Of a stretch of 64,000 bases of DNA, positions 30,672-39,057 are shown one piece after another. Position 1 is the first letter of the stretch, and each line of letters opens with the position of its first letter. Made by a program: the position numbers and the translations under genes. This DNA is from Mycobacteriales bacterium (lineage in GTDB: Bacteria > Actinomycetota > Actinomycetes > JAFAQI01): the NCBI GenBank assembly GCA_035547515.1, contig DASZUS010000027.1:9189-73188 (forward strand), given 5' to 3'. A model generated the notes under the pieces. It ran no database searches. It was not told where the DNA came from and saw only the letters and a program-made list of their open reading frames with translations.

Positions 30672-31004
30672 TCAGCGGCGCGCCGCCTCCGTGGCCCGCG
30701 CCGCGAGCATGTCGTCGCGGGTGAGCTGCAGCAGGAAGTCGAGCAGGTCGTCGTAGCTCAGGGCCTCGCCCGGCTTGGGCTCGAGAGCCTCGGCGGGCAC
30801 CTCCCACACCTCGGCGGCGACGCCGCCCGACATGAGCAGCGAGACGATGTGGTCGTCGGCGGGCTTGCGGACCTCTTGGACGCAGCCCGGGCAGACGAAG
30901 GTGTAGTACGAGAGGGCACCGTGGCTGCACACCCGAAGCCGGATGTCGTCGCTGGTGAGCTCCACCTCGCCGCAGGCGGGGCAGGACGCCTTGATCGTCG
31001 TCAT
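30672..31004 (-). CDS. Conserved hypothetical zinc-ribbon protein
   Basis: MTTIKASCPACGEVELTSDDIRLRVC...FVCPGCVQEV has two CxxC pairs. Start taken at the internal ATG 31004. Confidence 0.5.
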   Translation of the reverse strand: MTTIKASCPACGEVELTSDDIRLRVCSHGALSYYTFVCPGCVQEVRKPADDHIVSLLMSGGVAAEVWEVPAEALEPKPGEALSYDDLLDFLLQLTRDDMLAARATEAARR

Positions 31005-31109
31005 GCCAGGCCCTCCTCTACTGCCGTGTCTGCGCGCCACCGGGGATGTGACGTTCTGTGACCTTCGGCAGTAGATGCCGTCGCCTTGATGCGCCGAGTG
31101 CCGCGGGAT

Positions 31110-32063
31110 CTACGCGTCGTACGCCGAGAGGGCAGCAACCGCCGCAGAGCGGACCTGTTGGGCAAGTTCGGGCGGATCGGTCAGTGCCGCCACTCCGGCA
31201 AGGCCGAGCGCCAGCCGGCGTACCCAGGCCTCGTCGCGCGCTCGCAGCGTCACGATGAGCCCCCCATCGCCACGCTCCTCGACCGTCTCGCACTGGTAGT
31301 AGTCGGCTGCCCAGCGCGCCGCCGGGTCCAGCGAGAAGGTGACGAGCGGGTCGTCTGGCGAGGGCGTGAACAGCTCGGTGTCGAAGGCACGGGCGCGCAC
31401 TTCGTCGGGAACGTCGATCGGGTCGTCGAGGAGACGGGCTTCCAGAACCCGGTCGAGGCGGAAGGTGCGCAGGTCTTCCACGGCGCGGCACCAGCCCGAC
31501 AGGTACGCGGCGCCGTCGCTGGTGAACAGGCGGATCGGGTCGACGTCGCGTTCGGTGGCCTCGTCCCGAGCCGGCACCCAGTAGCGGAGATGGACCCGGC
31601 GAGACTTGGCGACCGCGTCAGTGATCGTCGTGACGACTGTCGTGTCCGCTACGGCTGCGCTAGCCGCGACGATTTTGTCCGCGGGAGTAGTGCCTCCGGC
31701 CGCGGCCTCCAGCTTCGCCAGGGCCCGGTCGATCGCGTCGGTGGACACGATCCCCGGTACGCCGGAGAGGGCACGCAGAGCCGAGATCAGCGCGAGGGCC
31801 TCGTCCGGGGTGAGCCGCAGCGGGCGCTCGATGGTCTCGGCGTTGGACAGCGTGACGCGATCACCACTCCAGGTGACGTCGATCAGGTCCCCCGGGCCGT
31901 AGCCGGGCAAGCCGCACATCCAGAGCAGGTTCACGTCCGCGCGGATCTGCGCCTCGCTGACGCCGAACTCCTTCGCGACATCGCCGACAGAGGTGTCCGG
32001 GTGGGTCAGCAGCCACGGCACGAGGGCAAGGAGCCGCGGCAGGTGGTCGGGCGCCCCGCTCAC
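31110..32063 (-). CDS. pafC: Proteasome accessory factor PafC (HTH-WYL-WCX regulator subunit)
   Basis: 317 aa. N-terminal HTH (VGDVAKEFGVSEAQIRADVNLL) and a WYL-type middle region. Its GTGA overlaps the pafB stop, and it sits between pafB and tatA. Confidence 0.8.
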   Translation of the reverse strand: MSGAPDHLPRLLALVPWLLTHPDTSVGDVAKEFGVSEAQIRADVNLLWMCGLPGYGPGDLIDVTWSGDRVTLSNAETIERPLRLTPDEALALISALRALSGVPGIVSTDAIDRALAKLEAAAGGTTPADKIVAASAAVADTTVVTTITDAVAKSRRVHLRYWVPARDEATERDVDPIRLFTSDGAAYLSGWCRAVEDLRTFRLDRVLEARLLDDPIDVPDEVRARAFDTELFTPSPDDPLVTFSLDPAARWAADYYQCETVEERGDGGLIVTLRARDEAWVRRLALGLAGVAALTDPPELAQQVRSAAVAALSAYDA

Positions 32064-33019
32064 GCCGTGGCTCCGGCCAGCCGGCGCAGGCGGGTGACGA
32101 CCGCGTCCCGGGCTTCGGCGGGCGAGAGGATCACCGCATCGGCGCCGTACCCAAGAACCTGCTCGGCGAGACGATGGGGATCCGGGCAGGGCACGGTCAC
32201 GATGTCCCAGCCGTCGCCGTCGTCGACCACATCGATCGTCTGGCGGCGCAGCCCCATCGCCCGGTCGTGGCGCACCTTGATCCGCGCGTGGGCCTCGCTC
32301 TGCTGCCGGTCGGATGCCGACACCAGGGCGACCAGGTCGACACCATCCGGGACCTTGATCGAGCCGGGCTTGCCCTCGACGACCGGCTGCCCCGCGACTC
32401 GCGAGAGCCGGAACGCGCGGGACGCCTGGCGATCCAGGTCATGCCCGACGAGGTACCACCGTCCGCGCCAGCAGACCACGCCCCACGGTTCCACCCGACG
32501 CGGCGCCGCCGCATCGTCGTTGGCGCCGCGGTAGTCGAACTTCAGCCGCCGGCCGTCCCGCAGCGCCTCGTGGACTGCCGGCAACCCAGCGCCGCCGGCA
32601 CCGAGGCGCGGTTGCAGGCCCTCGGGCAGAGGCACGAGGTCGACCCCGGCGGTCTCGAGCTTGCGGAGTGCACGGGTGGCCTGCGCGCCCTGCGTCGCGG
32701 CGGACCACATCCGCGCGGCAAGGCCTACCGCCGCTGCCTCGTCGGCCTCGAGTCGGATCTCGGGCAGGGCGTAGTCGTGGCGCGGGATCCGGTAGCCCGG
32801 CTCGTCGTCGAAGTGGCTGTGCGATCCCACTTCGAGCGGGATTCCGAGGTCCCGGAGATCCTCCTTGTCCCGCTCGAACATGCGCTTGAAGGCTTCGTCC
32901 GAGGGCGCTTCGGCGTACCCGGGGATGATCTCGCGCAGCCGTTCCGCGGTCAGGTACGCCCGGGTGTGCAGCAGGCAGATGACGAGGTTCATCAGCCGTT
33001 CGGTGCGCTCGGCCGCCAT
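32060..33019 (-). CDS. pafB: Proteasome accessory factor PafB (HTH-WYL-WCX regulator subunit)
   Basis: Reads MAAERTERLMNLVICLLHTRAYLTAERLREIIPGY... from the ATG at 33019, close to the mycobacterial PafB N-terminus. WYL-like RWYLVGHD. Confidence 0.8.
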   Translation of the reverse strand: MAAERTERLMNLVICLLHTRAYLTAERLREIIPGYAEAPSDEAFKRMFERDKEDLRDLGIPLEVGSHSHFDDEPGYRIPRHDYALPEIRLEADEAAAVGLAARMWSAATQGAQATRALRKLETAGVDLVPLPEGLQPRLGAGGAGLPAVHEALRDGRRLKFDYRGANDDAAAPRRVEPWGVVCWRGRWYLVGHDLDRQASRAFRLSRVAGQPVVEGKPGSIKVPDGVDLVALVSASDRQQSEAHARIKVRHDRAMGLRRQTIDVVDDGDGWDIVTVPCPDPHRLAEQVLGYGADAVILSPAEARDAVVTRLRRLAGATA

Positions 33020-33026
33020 GGCCGAC

Positions 33027-33052
33027 GACGCTACCGCGTGACCGGTAGCGTC
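33027..33052. promoter_or_regulatory. Perfect 10-bp inverted repeat (GACGCTACCG-cgtgac-CGGTAGCGTC) centred in the pafB/DUF3866 divergent intergenic region
   Basis: Arms at 33027-33036 and 33043-33052. Each arm contains TAGCGT (TANNNT) exactly 8 nt upstream of the start codon it faces (ATG 33019 on minus, GTG 33060 on plus). Confidence 0.5.
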
Positions 33053-33059
33053 CGGCGTT

Positions 33060-34136
33060 GTGATCCGCTGGCGTGAGGGCAACGTCGTCGCCGTGGTGCG
33101 CGACCGCCGGGACGCCCGGGAGCTGACGGTCGCCACCAGCAGCGGCGAGCTGCCCGCGCTGGCCTACCCGCGGCTCGTCGGCACACCGGAGGTCGGTGAC
33201 CGCGTGCTGCTCAACACCACCGCGATTGCGCTGGGGCTCGGCACCGGCGGGTTCGCGCTCGTGGTCGCGATTCCGGACCGGCTGCCCGCTGACCGTGACG
33301 AGCCGGGGCACGTCGTGAAGGCCCGCTACACGCCGCTGCAGGCCACGGTGCTGGCGGTCGACGAGCAGGACTCCCCCGACTACGAGTTGCTGCGCGACGC
33401 CGACTCCATCGACAAGATGCCGGTTGTCGTCGCTGACCTGCACTCGGCGCTGACGCCGATCCTGGCGGGTCTGCGAGAGGGCGGCCGCAGTCCGAAGGCG
33501 GTCTATGTGATGACCGACGGGGGTGCCCTGCCGCTCGGGTTCTCGCGGTCGGTCGAGGAGCTCAGCGACGCCGGCTGGCTCGCCGCCACGGTCACCGTGG
33601 GACAGGCCTTCGGTGGGGACGTCGAGGCGGTGACCCTGCACACCGGCCTGCTGGCGGCGCGCCACGTCTTGGGTGCCGACCTCGCGATCGTGACCCAGGG
33701 TCCAGGCAATCTCGGCACGGGCACGCGATGGGGCTTCAGCGGTGTCGCGAGCGGCGAGGCGGTCAACGCCACCGCTGCGCTGGGCGGTCGGCCGGTCGCG
33801 GCGCTTCGCATCAGCGAGGCGGACCAGCGCGACCGCCACCGCGGCGTCTCCCACCACTCGCTCACTGCCCTCGGGCGGGTGGCGCTGGCACCTGCCGACG
33901 TCGTCGTACCTCGGTTGGAGGGCGCCATCGGAGCGGACGTCTCGCGCGCCGTGCGGCCGCTGTCGCCGCCGCATCGGCTGGTCTCCGTCGAGACCGGAGG
34001 GCTGCGAGACGCGGTTGCGGCGGCTCCCGGTCGCGTCTCGACCATGGGCCGCGGCCTCGACGAGGACCTCGCCTACTTCCTGGGCTGCGCCGCTGCGGGT
34101 CGCCACGCGGCCACGCTGCTACATGCTGGCGATTAG
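33060..34136 (+). CDS. DUF3866 family protein
   Basis: 358 aa. [12 protein letters not shown]...[37 protein letters not shown] matches my memory of DUF3866 proteins. The function is unknown. Confidence 0.65.
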   Translation: MIRWREGNVVAVVRDRRDARELTVATSSGELPALAYPRLVGTPEVGDRVLLNTTAIALGLGTGGFALVVAIPDRLPADRDEPGHVVKARYTPLQATVLAVDEQDSPDYELLRDADSIDKMPVVVADLHSALTPILAGLREGGRSPKAVYVMTDGGALPLGFSRSVEELSDAGWLAATVTVGQAFGGDVEAVTLHTGLLAARHVLGADLAIVTQGPGNLGTGTRWGFSGVASGEAVNATAALGGRPVAALRISEADQRDRHRGVSHHSLTALGRVALAPADVVVPRLEGAIGADVSRAVRPLSPPHRLVSVETGGLRDAVAAAPGRVSTMGRGLDEDLAYFLGCAAAGRHAATLLHAGD

Positions 34137-35477
34137 CTTCTCGACGCGGTCGTCTACTGCGCGGAACGGGTCCTTGCAGAGCACGGTTCGCTGAGCCTGG
34201 TCGTTGAGCTTGAGGTGCACCCAGTCGACGGTGAAGTCGCGACGCTTCTCCTGGGCGCGGCGGATGAAGTCACCTCGCAGCCGCGCGCGCGTGGTCTGCG
34301 GCGGGACCGACTTCGCCTCGAAGATCTTGAGGTCGGTGGTCACCCGGTCCACCGCGTCGTGACGCTCGAGCAGGTAGTAGAGGCCGCGCCGGCGGTTGAC
34401 GTCGTGGTAGGTCAGGTCGAGCTGGGCGATGCGCGGTGAGGACAGCGGCAGACCGTGCTTCTCCCGGTAACGCTCGACCAGCTGGTACTTGATCACCCAG
34501 TCGATCTCGCGGTCGATCAGGCTCAGGTCCTGGGACTCGACGGCCTTGAGAGTCCGCTCCCACAGCTCGAGAACCCGCCGGGACGTGGCGTCCTCGCCGC
34601 GGCGCTCGACGAAGTCGCGGGCCTTGACGAAGTACTCCTGCTGGATGTCCAGCGCGCTCGCCTCACGGCCGTTGGCGAGCTTGACGGTACGGCGCCCGGT
34701 CATGTCGTGGCTGATCTCACGGATGGCGCGGATCGAGTTCTCGAGCGTCAGATCGCGCATGACGACACCGGCCTCGATCATGCGCAGCACCAGATCCGTC
34801 GTACCGATCTTGAGCAGGGTCGTCGTCTCGGACATGTTGCTGTCGCCGACGATCACGTGCAGGCGGCGGAAGCGTTCGGCGTCGGCGTGCGGCTCGTCGC
34901 GGGTGTTGATGATCGGCCGGCTTCGCGTGGTGGCCGAGGAGACGCCCTCCCAGATGTGCTCGGCGCGCTGGCTCACGCAGTAGACCGCGCCGCGCGGTGT
35001 CAGCAGCACCTTGCCGGCACCGCAGATGATCTGCCGGGTAACCAGGAACGGGATCAGTACGTCGGCAAGCCGGCTGAACTCGCCGTGCCGGCCCACGAGG
35101 TAGTTCTCGTGGCAGCCGTAGGAGTTGCCCGCCGAGTCCGTGTTGTTCTTGAACAGGAAGATGTCGCCGGCGATGCCCTCTTCGCGGAGCCGCCGTTCCG
35201 CGTCCATCAGCAGGCCCTCGAGGGTCCGCTCCCCCGCTTTGTCGTGGGTGACCAGCTCGACGACGTCGTCGCACTCGGGAGTCGCGTACTCGGGGTGGGA
35301 CCCCACGTCGAGATAGAGCCGCGCGCCGTTCTTCAGGAACACGTTGCTGCTGCGGCCCCAGGAGACCACCCGGCGGAACAGGTAGCGGGCGACCTCGTCC
35401 GGCGACAGGCGACGCTGGCCGCGGAACGTGCACGTCACGCCGTACTCGTTCTCCAGGCCGTAAATCCGCCGGTCCAC
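34119..35477 (-). CDS. pafA: Pup--protein ligase PafA
   Basis: 452 aa. [10 protein letters not shown]..., [35 protein letters not shown]. It is shorter than Dop and lacks the Dop loop. GTG start. Confidence 0.9.
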   Translation of the reverse strand: MDRRIYGLENEYGVTCTFRGQRRLSPDEVARYLFRRVVSWGRSSNVFLKNGARLYLDVGSHPEYATPECDDVVELVTHDKAGERTLEGLLMDAERRLREEGIAGDIFLFKNNTDSAGNSYGCHENYLVGRHGEFSRLADVLIPFLVTRQIICGAGKVLLTPRGAVYCVSQRAEHIWEGVSSATTRSRPIINTRDEPHADAERFRRLHVIVGDSNMSETTTLLKIGTTDLVLRMIEAGVVMRDLTLENSIRAIREISHDMTGRRTVKLANGREASALDIQQEYFVKARDFVERRGEDATSRRVLELWERTLKAVESQDLSLIDREIDWVIKYQLVERYREKHGLPLSSPRIAQLDLTYHDVNRRRGLYYLLERHDAVDRVTTDLKIFEAKSVPPQTTRARLRGDFIRRAQEKRRDFTVDWVHLKLNDQAQRTVLCKDPFRAVDDRVEKLIASM

Positions 35478-35594
35478 GCTGCGAGCGTACGGCGCGCACC
35501 GCAGGTTTCCGCTGGTGCGCCGCGCTCGCTTGACTCCCGGGACCCGCGGCAGGATCTTGCGTTCGGACGCCGAAACGTGATCTGAGTCACAAGC

Positions 35595-36392
35595 GTGGAG
35601 GTTGGAGTGAGGCCGCGGATCGCTCGCATGGTCATCGGCGCGTCGACCACCGGGCTGCTGGCGGTGACCGGCGTCACGGCGCTACCCGGTACGGCGGCGA
35701 CGCCCGCTGCGGCCGCCACGATCCATCCTGGCAGCGAGGTCAACTTCGGCGGCATCAGCTGTGAGAGCGGCGCGGTGTTGCGCCAGGGTGCGACGGTGTA
35801 CCTCGCGATCCCGGCCTCGTGCGGTGGGATCGACCTCGGCAAGACCCAGGACGGCTGCGTCGAGCCGGTCACCCCGGTCGGCATCCCGGTGTCGATCCAG
35901 GGCGCGCGCTACAACGGCCGGCTGATCTACAACTCGTTCTCGCAGATGCAGAAGACCGGCATCCGCAGCGCGAACGAGTGCTACTACAACGACCTCGCTC
36001 TGGTCCGGGTCGACCGCCGCGACCGCTCACGCGTCACGGCGGCGATCCCCGGCACAGACGGGCCGCGGCAGGCGCCGTGCTCGATGCCGTCGTCCGGCAC
36101 GGCCCTGCGGCTGGGGACGGCGAGCGGCAAGGCCGGGGCCACCCACAATGCGGGGTGGGCTACCGACGTGAGCTCGATGGCGATGCTGAAGACGGCGGAT
36201 GCCGGAGCACCCGTGACGGTCGGAGACAAGCTGTTCGGGATGCTCACGGTCCTACCGGTTGGCCCGATCCCGGACGTGCCGCTGATGGAGACCCCTGGCG
36301 CGGTCTACAACCTCGCCAAGGCCATCAAGCTGTTGAGGGCGCTACCGCGGTTCCGGCACGTGCGGCTGGTCCGGGCCGGGGACCGCGTCTAG
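35595..36392 (+). CDS. Secreted S1 (streptogrisin/alpha-lytic-like) protease homologue lacking catalytic His and Ser
   Basis: Signal-like N-terminus. [27 protein letters not shown] versus GxRCSxGF...[16 protein letters not shown] keeps the Asp. ADAGAPV replaces GDSGGP. Confidence 0.5.
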   Translation: MEVGVRPRIARMVIGASTTGLLAVTGVTALPGTAATPAAAATIHPGSEVNFGGISCESGAVLRQGATVYLAIPASCGGIDLGKTQDGCVEPVTPVGIPVSIQGARYNGRLIYNSFSQMQKTGIRSANECYYNDLALVRVDRRDRSRVTAAIPGTDGPRQAPCSMPSSGTALRLGTASGKAGATHNAGWATDVSSMAMLKTADAGAPVTVGDKLFGMLTVLPVGPIPDVPLMETPGAVYNLAKAIKLLRALPRFRHVRLVRAGDRV

Positions 36393-36401
36393 GCCGCGGT
36401 T

Positions 36402-37097
36402 TCAGCCGGCCAGGATCTCGGCGACCGCCGCGTCGCGGAGCCGGCGGAACTTCCGGCGTGGCCTGGTGCGGTCCAGGATCGCGATCTCGAGCGCCTCTGC
36501 GGCGATCTCGCGAGCCTCTCCGTCGCCGGCTGCCAGGGCGCGCACCGCGAGCTTCACTGCCTCGCCGAGGTCCATGTCGTCGCGACGACCGTCACGCAGG
36601 ACCGCGCCGATCTCGTCGGCAGAGGCGCCCATGACCACGATCCCCTGCTCGTCAGCGACGCTTCCGTCGTAGGTCAGGCGATAGAGCTGGTCGCCGGCCG
36701 GGTCGTCGCCGACCTCGGCGACGGTCAGCTCCACCTCGAACGGTTTCTCGCCGCCGCTGGAGAAGATCGTGCCGAGGATTTGCGCGTAGGTGTTGGCCAG
36801 GGCCCGGCCGGTCACGTCCCGGCGGTCGTAGGAGTAGCCGCGGAGGTCGGCCATCCGCACCCCGGCCACCCGCAGGTTCTCGAACTCGTTGTACTTGCCG
36901 ACCGCGGCGAACCCGATGCGGTCATAGATCTCCGAGATCTTGTGCAGAGCGCTGGACGGGTTCTCGGTGACGAAGAGGATCCCGCCGCCGTAGCTCATGA
37001 CGAGCACGGCGCGACCGCGGGCGATGCCCTTGCGGGCATAGTCCGCGCGGTCCTTCATCACCTGCTCGGGTGAGACGTAGCCGAAGGGCATCGTCAT
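36402..37097 (-). CDS. prcA: 20S proteasome alpha subunit
   Basis: 231 aa. [29 protein letters not shown]..., immediately downstream of prcB. Confidence 0.95.
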   Translation of the reverse strand: MTMPFGYVSPEQVMKDRADYARKGIARGRAVLVMSYGGGILFVTENPSSALHKISEIYDRIGFAAVGKYNEFENLRVAGVRMADLRGYSYDRRDVTGRALANTYAQILGTIFSSGGEKPFEVELTVAEVGDDPAGDQLYRLTYDGSVADEQGIVVMGASADEIGAVLRDGRRDDMDLGEAVKLAVRALAAGDGEAREIAAEALEIAILDRTRPRRKFRRLRDAAVAEILAG

Positions 37098-37144
37098 CGC
37101 TGGTCGTGGTCCTCTCTCGGGGCTTCGGGCGTACCGGGCAGCAG

Positions 37145-37999
37145 CTAGCGGAGCGGTGCCTGCGGCCCGCCTGGGCTGGTCATGCGCTCGGCGACGACCT
37201 GCTCGGTGATGGTCGCAACCTCCTCGTCGGAGAGGCGGCGGAACCCGTCCGCCGTCACCGTCGTGATGACCGGGTAGATGCGCCGGGTGAGGTCAGGACC
37301 GCCGGTCGCGGAGTCCTCGTCCGCCGCGTCGTACAACGCGTGGACGCTGGCGAGGATGGCGTCGGCCTCGGTGAAATCCTCGCGGTAGAGCTTCTTGAGG
37401 GCACCGCGCGCGTAGACGCTGCCGGAGCCGACTGAGTGGAAGTGGTGCTCCTCGTAGCGCCCGCCGGTCACGTCGTAGGAGAAGATCCGGCCCGCGGTCT
37501 CAGGCGACGGCGCCTCGAGGTCGTAGCCCGCGTAGAGCGGTACGACGGCGAGGCCCTGCATGGCCATTGGCAGGTTGTTGCGGATCAGCAGTGAGAGCCG
37601 GTTGGCCTTGCCCTCGAGGCTCAGGGTGGTGCCCTCGAGCTTCTCGTAGTGCTCGAGCTCGACCTGGAACAACCGCACCAGCTCGATCGCGACTCCCGCC
37701 GTGCCGGCGATCCCGACTGCGGAGAACTCGTCGGCCTCGAAGACCTTTTCCATGTCGCGCTGGGCGATGACGTTGCCCATGGTGGCGCGGCGGTCGCCGG
37801 CGAGGATGACGCCGCTCGTGTGCGTGACGGCGACGATCGTCGTGCCGTGCGGTGCCTCGATCGGGGTGGCGCCCGCCATCAGCTGGGCGCGCTTGCCGGG
37901 CAGCAGCTCGGGCGCGTGGCCGGATAGGAACTCGCTGAATGACGACGAGCCGGGCTGGAAGAACGCGGCCGGCAATGTCGTCCCGTCGGAAAGATCCAC
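37145..37999 (-). CDS. prcB: 20S proteasome beta subunit
   Basis: 284 aa. A 52-aa propeptide ends ...APHG, followed by the catalytic TTIVAV. GTG start. Confidence 0.95.
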   Translation of the reverse strand: MDLSDGTTLPAAFFQPGSSSFSEFLSGHAPELLPGKRAQLMAGATPIEAPHGTTIVAVTHTSGVILAGDRRATMGNVIAQRDMEKVFEADEFSAVGIAGTAGVAIELVRLFQVELEHYEKLEGTTLSLEGKANRLSLLIRNNLPMAMQGLAVVPLYAGYDLEAPSPETAGRIFSYDVTGGRYEEHHFHSVGSGSVYARGALKKLYREDFTEADAILASVHALYDAADEDSATGGPDLTRRIYPVITTVTADGFRRLSDEEVATITEQVVAERMTSPGGPQAPLR

Positions 38000-38065
38000 G
38001 CAACCACCCTGTCATGACTCGAGGGCGAAAGCGCGGCAGGGTTCACCGAGGGCGCAGCGGCGGTG

Positions 38066-38764
38066 TCAAGGCCTCGGCCGCCGCCTGCCGGCGTACACGA
38101 CGTTGAGCGGGCGCAGGTCATGATCTTCTCGTGGCGGCCGGCCTGTTGCCGATCGTTGGGCGTCGAGATAGGCCATGAGCCCGCGCATCACGTAGACGTC
38201 GTCGCGGACGTTGCCGAGTGCCTGGTTGCAGTTGAAGCAGAGCAAGCCGCGAACCGCGCCGGTCGCATGGTCGTGGTCGACATGGCGCGGCTCGGCCTTG
38301 CGGCATGCCGCGCACACGCCCCCCTGCGCCGCCAGCATCCGGTCGAAGTCCGCCGAGTCGATCCCGTATCGGCGCCGCAGGTGGTAGTCGCGCGTGCTTC
38401 CGTGGTGCTTGATCCTGTTCTCCCGCCCGCGCTTGTTATGGCAGGGCTTGCAGTAACTCGCATATCCAATCGAGTCAGACCGGTTCCGCGGGAACTCGCT
38501 CAGCGGCTTGGCCGTCTGGCAGTCGCTGCACCAGCGCTCACCGTCGCCGACGTGCCGGGCTTCGCGGACCACTCGTCCTTCGGCCGCGCGCCGCTTTCGA
38601 TAAGACGCCCTCGAGCGGCTTCGCATGCAAACCTTGCAATAGCTGCTCCGCCCGAGGGCACCTCGCGGCGACGGCGAGAAGGCGTCGAGGGCCTTAACCT
38701 CGCAGCAGTCCAGGCAGGTCTTTGTACCGCCCTCCCCCGAATCGGACATATCGGGAGATACCAC
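38066..38764 (-). CDS. Endonuclease VII (Endo7/HNH-like) domain protein with two N-terminal zinc-ribbon repeats
   Basis: The C-terminus HVDHDHATGAVRGLLCFNCNQALG is the recombination endonuclease VII signature. Two CxxC-x20-24-YCKxC repeats lie upstream. G+C is about 60-63% in counted lines. The GTG directly follows the pup stop. Confidence 0.8.
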   Translation of the reverse strand: MVSPDMSDSGEGGTKTCLDCCEVKALDAFSPSPRGALGRSSYCKVCMRSRSRASYRKRRAAEGRVVREARHVGDGERWCSDCQTAKPLSEFPRNRSDSIGYASYCKPCHNKRGRENRIKHHGSTRDYHLRRRYGIDSADFDRMLAAQGGVCAACRKAEPRHVDHDHATGAVRGLLCFNCNQALGNVRDDVYVMRGLMAYLDAQRSATGRPPREDHDLRPLNVVYAGRRRPRP

Positions 38765-38974
38765 CTATTCCCCCCCTTTCTGTATGTAACCACGCACGAA
38801 CTCCTCTGCATTTTGTTCCAAAACACTGTCGATCTCGTCGAGGATGTCGTCGACGTCATCGGTCAGCTCGGCGTGGCGTTCCTGCACGTCGGAGGTGTCG
38901 AGCTCGTCGATCTCCTCGACCTCTTCGGTCTTGCGAGAGGCGCTCTTCTGGCCGCCGTCGTCACGAGTCGTCAT
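38765..38974 (-). CDS. pup: Prokaryotic ubiquitin-like protein Pup (C-terminal GGE)
   Basis: 69 aa. ...DDVDDILDEIDSVLEQNAEEFVRGYIQKGGE. AGGAGG SD upstream. Confidence 0.95.
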   Translation of the reverse strand: MTTRDDGGQKSASRKTEEVEEIDELDTSDVQERHAELTDDVDDILDEIDSVLEQNAEEFVRGYIQKGGE

Positions 38975-39057
38975 TGCATGCCTCCTGAGGTTTTCCTTGC
39001 GTCAAACGCTACTCGGCAAGTACGACGCAAGCGCTCGGCGAAATGCTCACGCGAGGG

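Noticed and set aside
32060-33136. Longer pafB ORF starting at 33136
   Set aside because: The extra 39 aa are Ser/Arg/Thr-rich and would run through the palindrome and the DUF3866 start region. The ATG at 33019 gives an N-terminus (MAAERTERLMNLV...) that matches PafB proteins.
38995-39030. 8-bp inverted repeat CTTGCGTC...GACGCAAG in the dop-pup intergenic region
   Set aside because: The 20-nt loop makes a stable RNA hairpin doubtful, and an 8-mer repeat in 83 nt could be chance. It is noted only as a possible processing or operator site.
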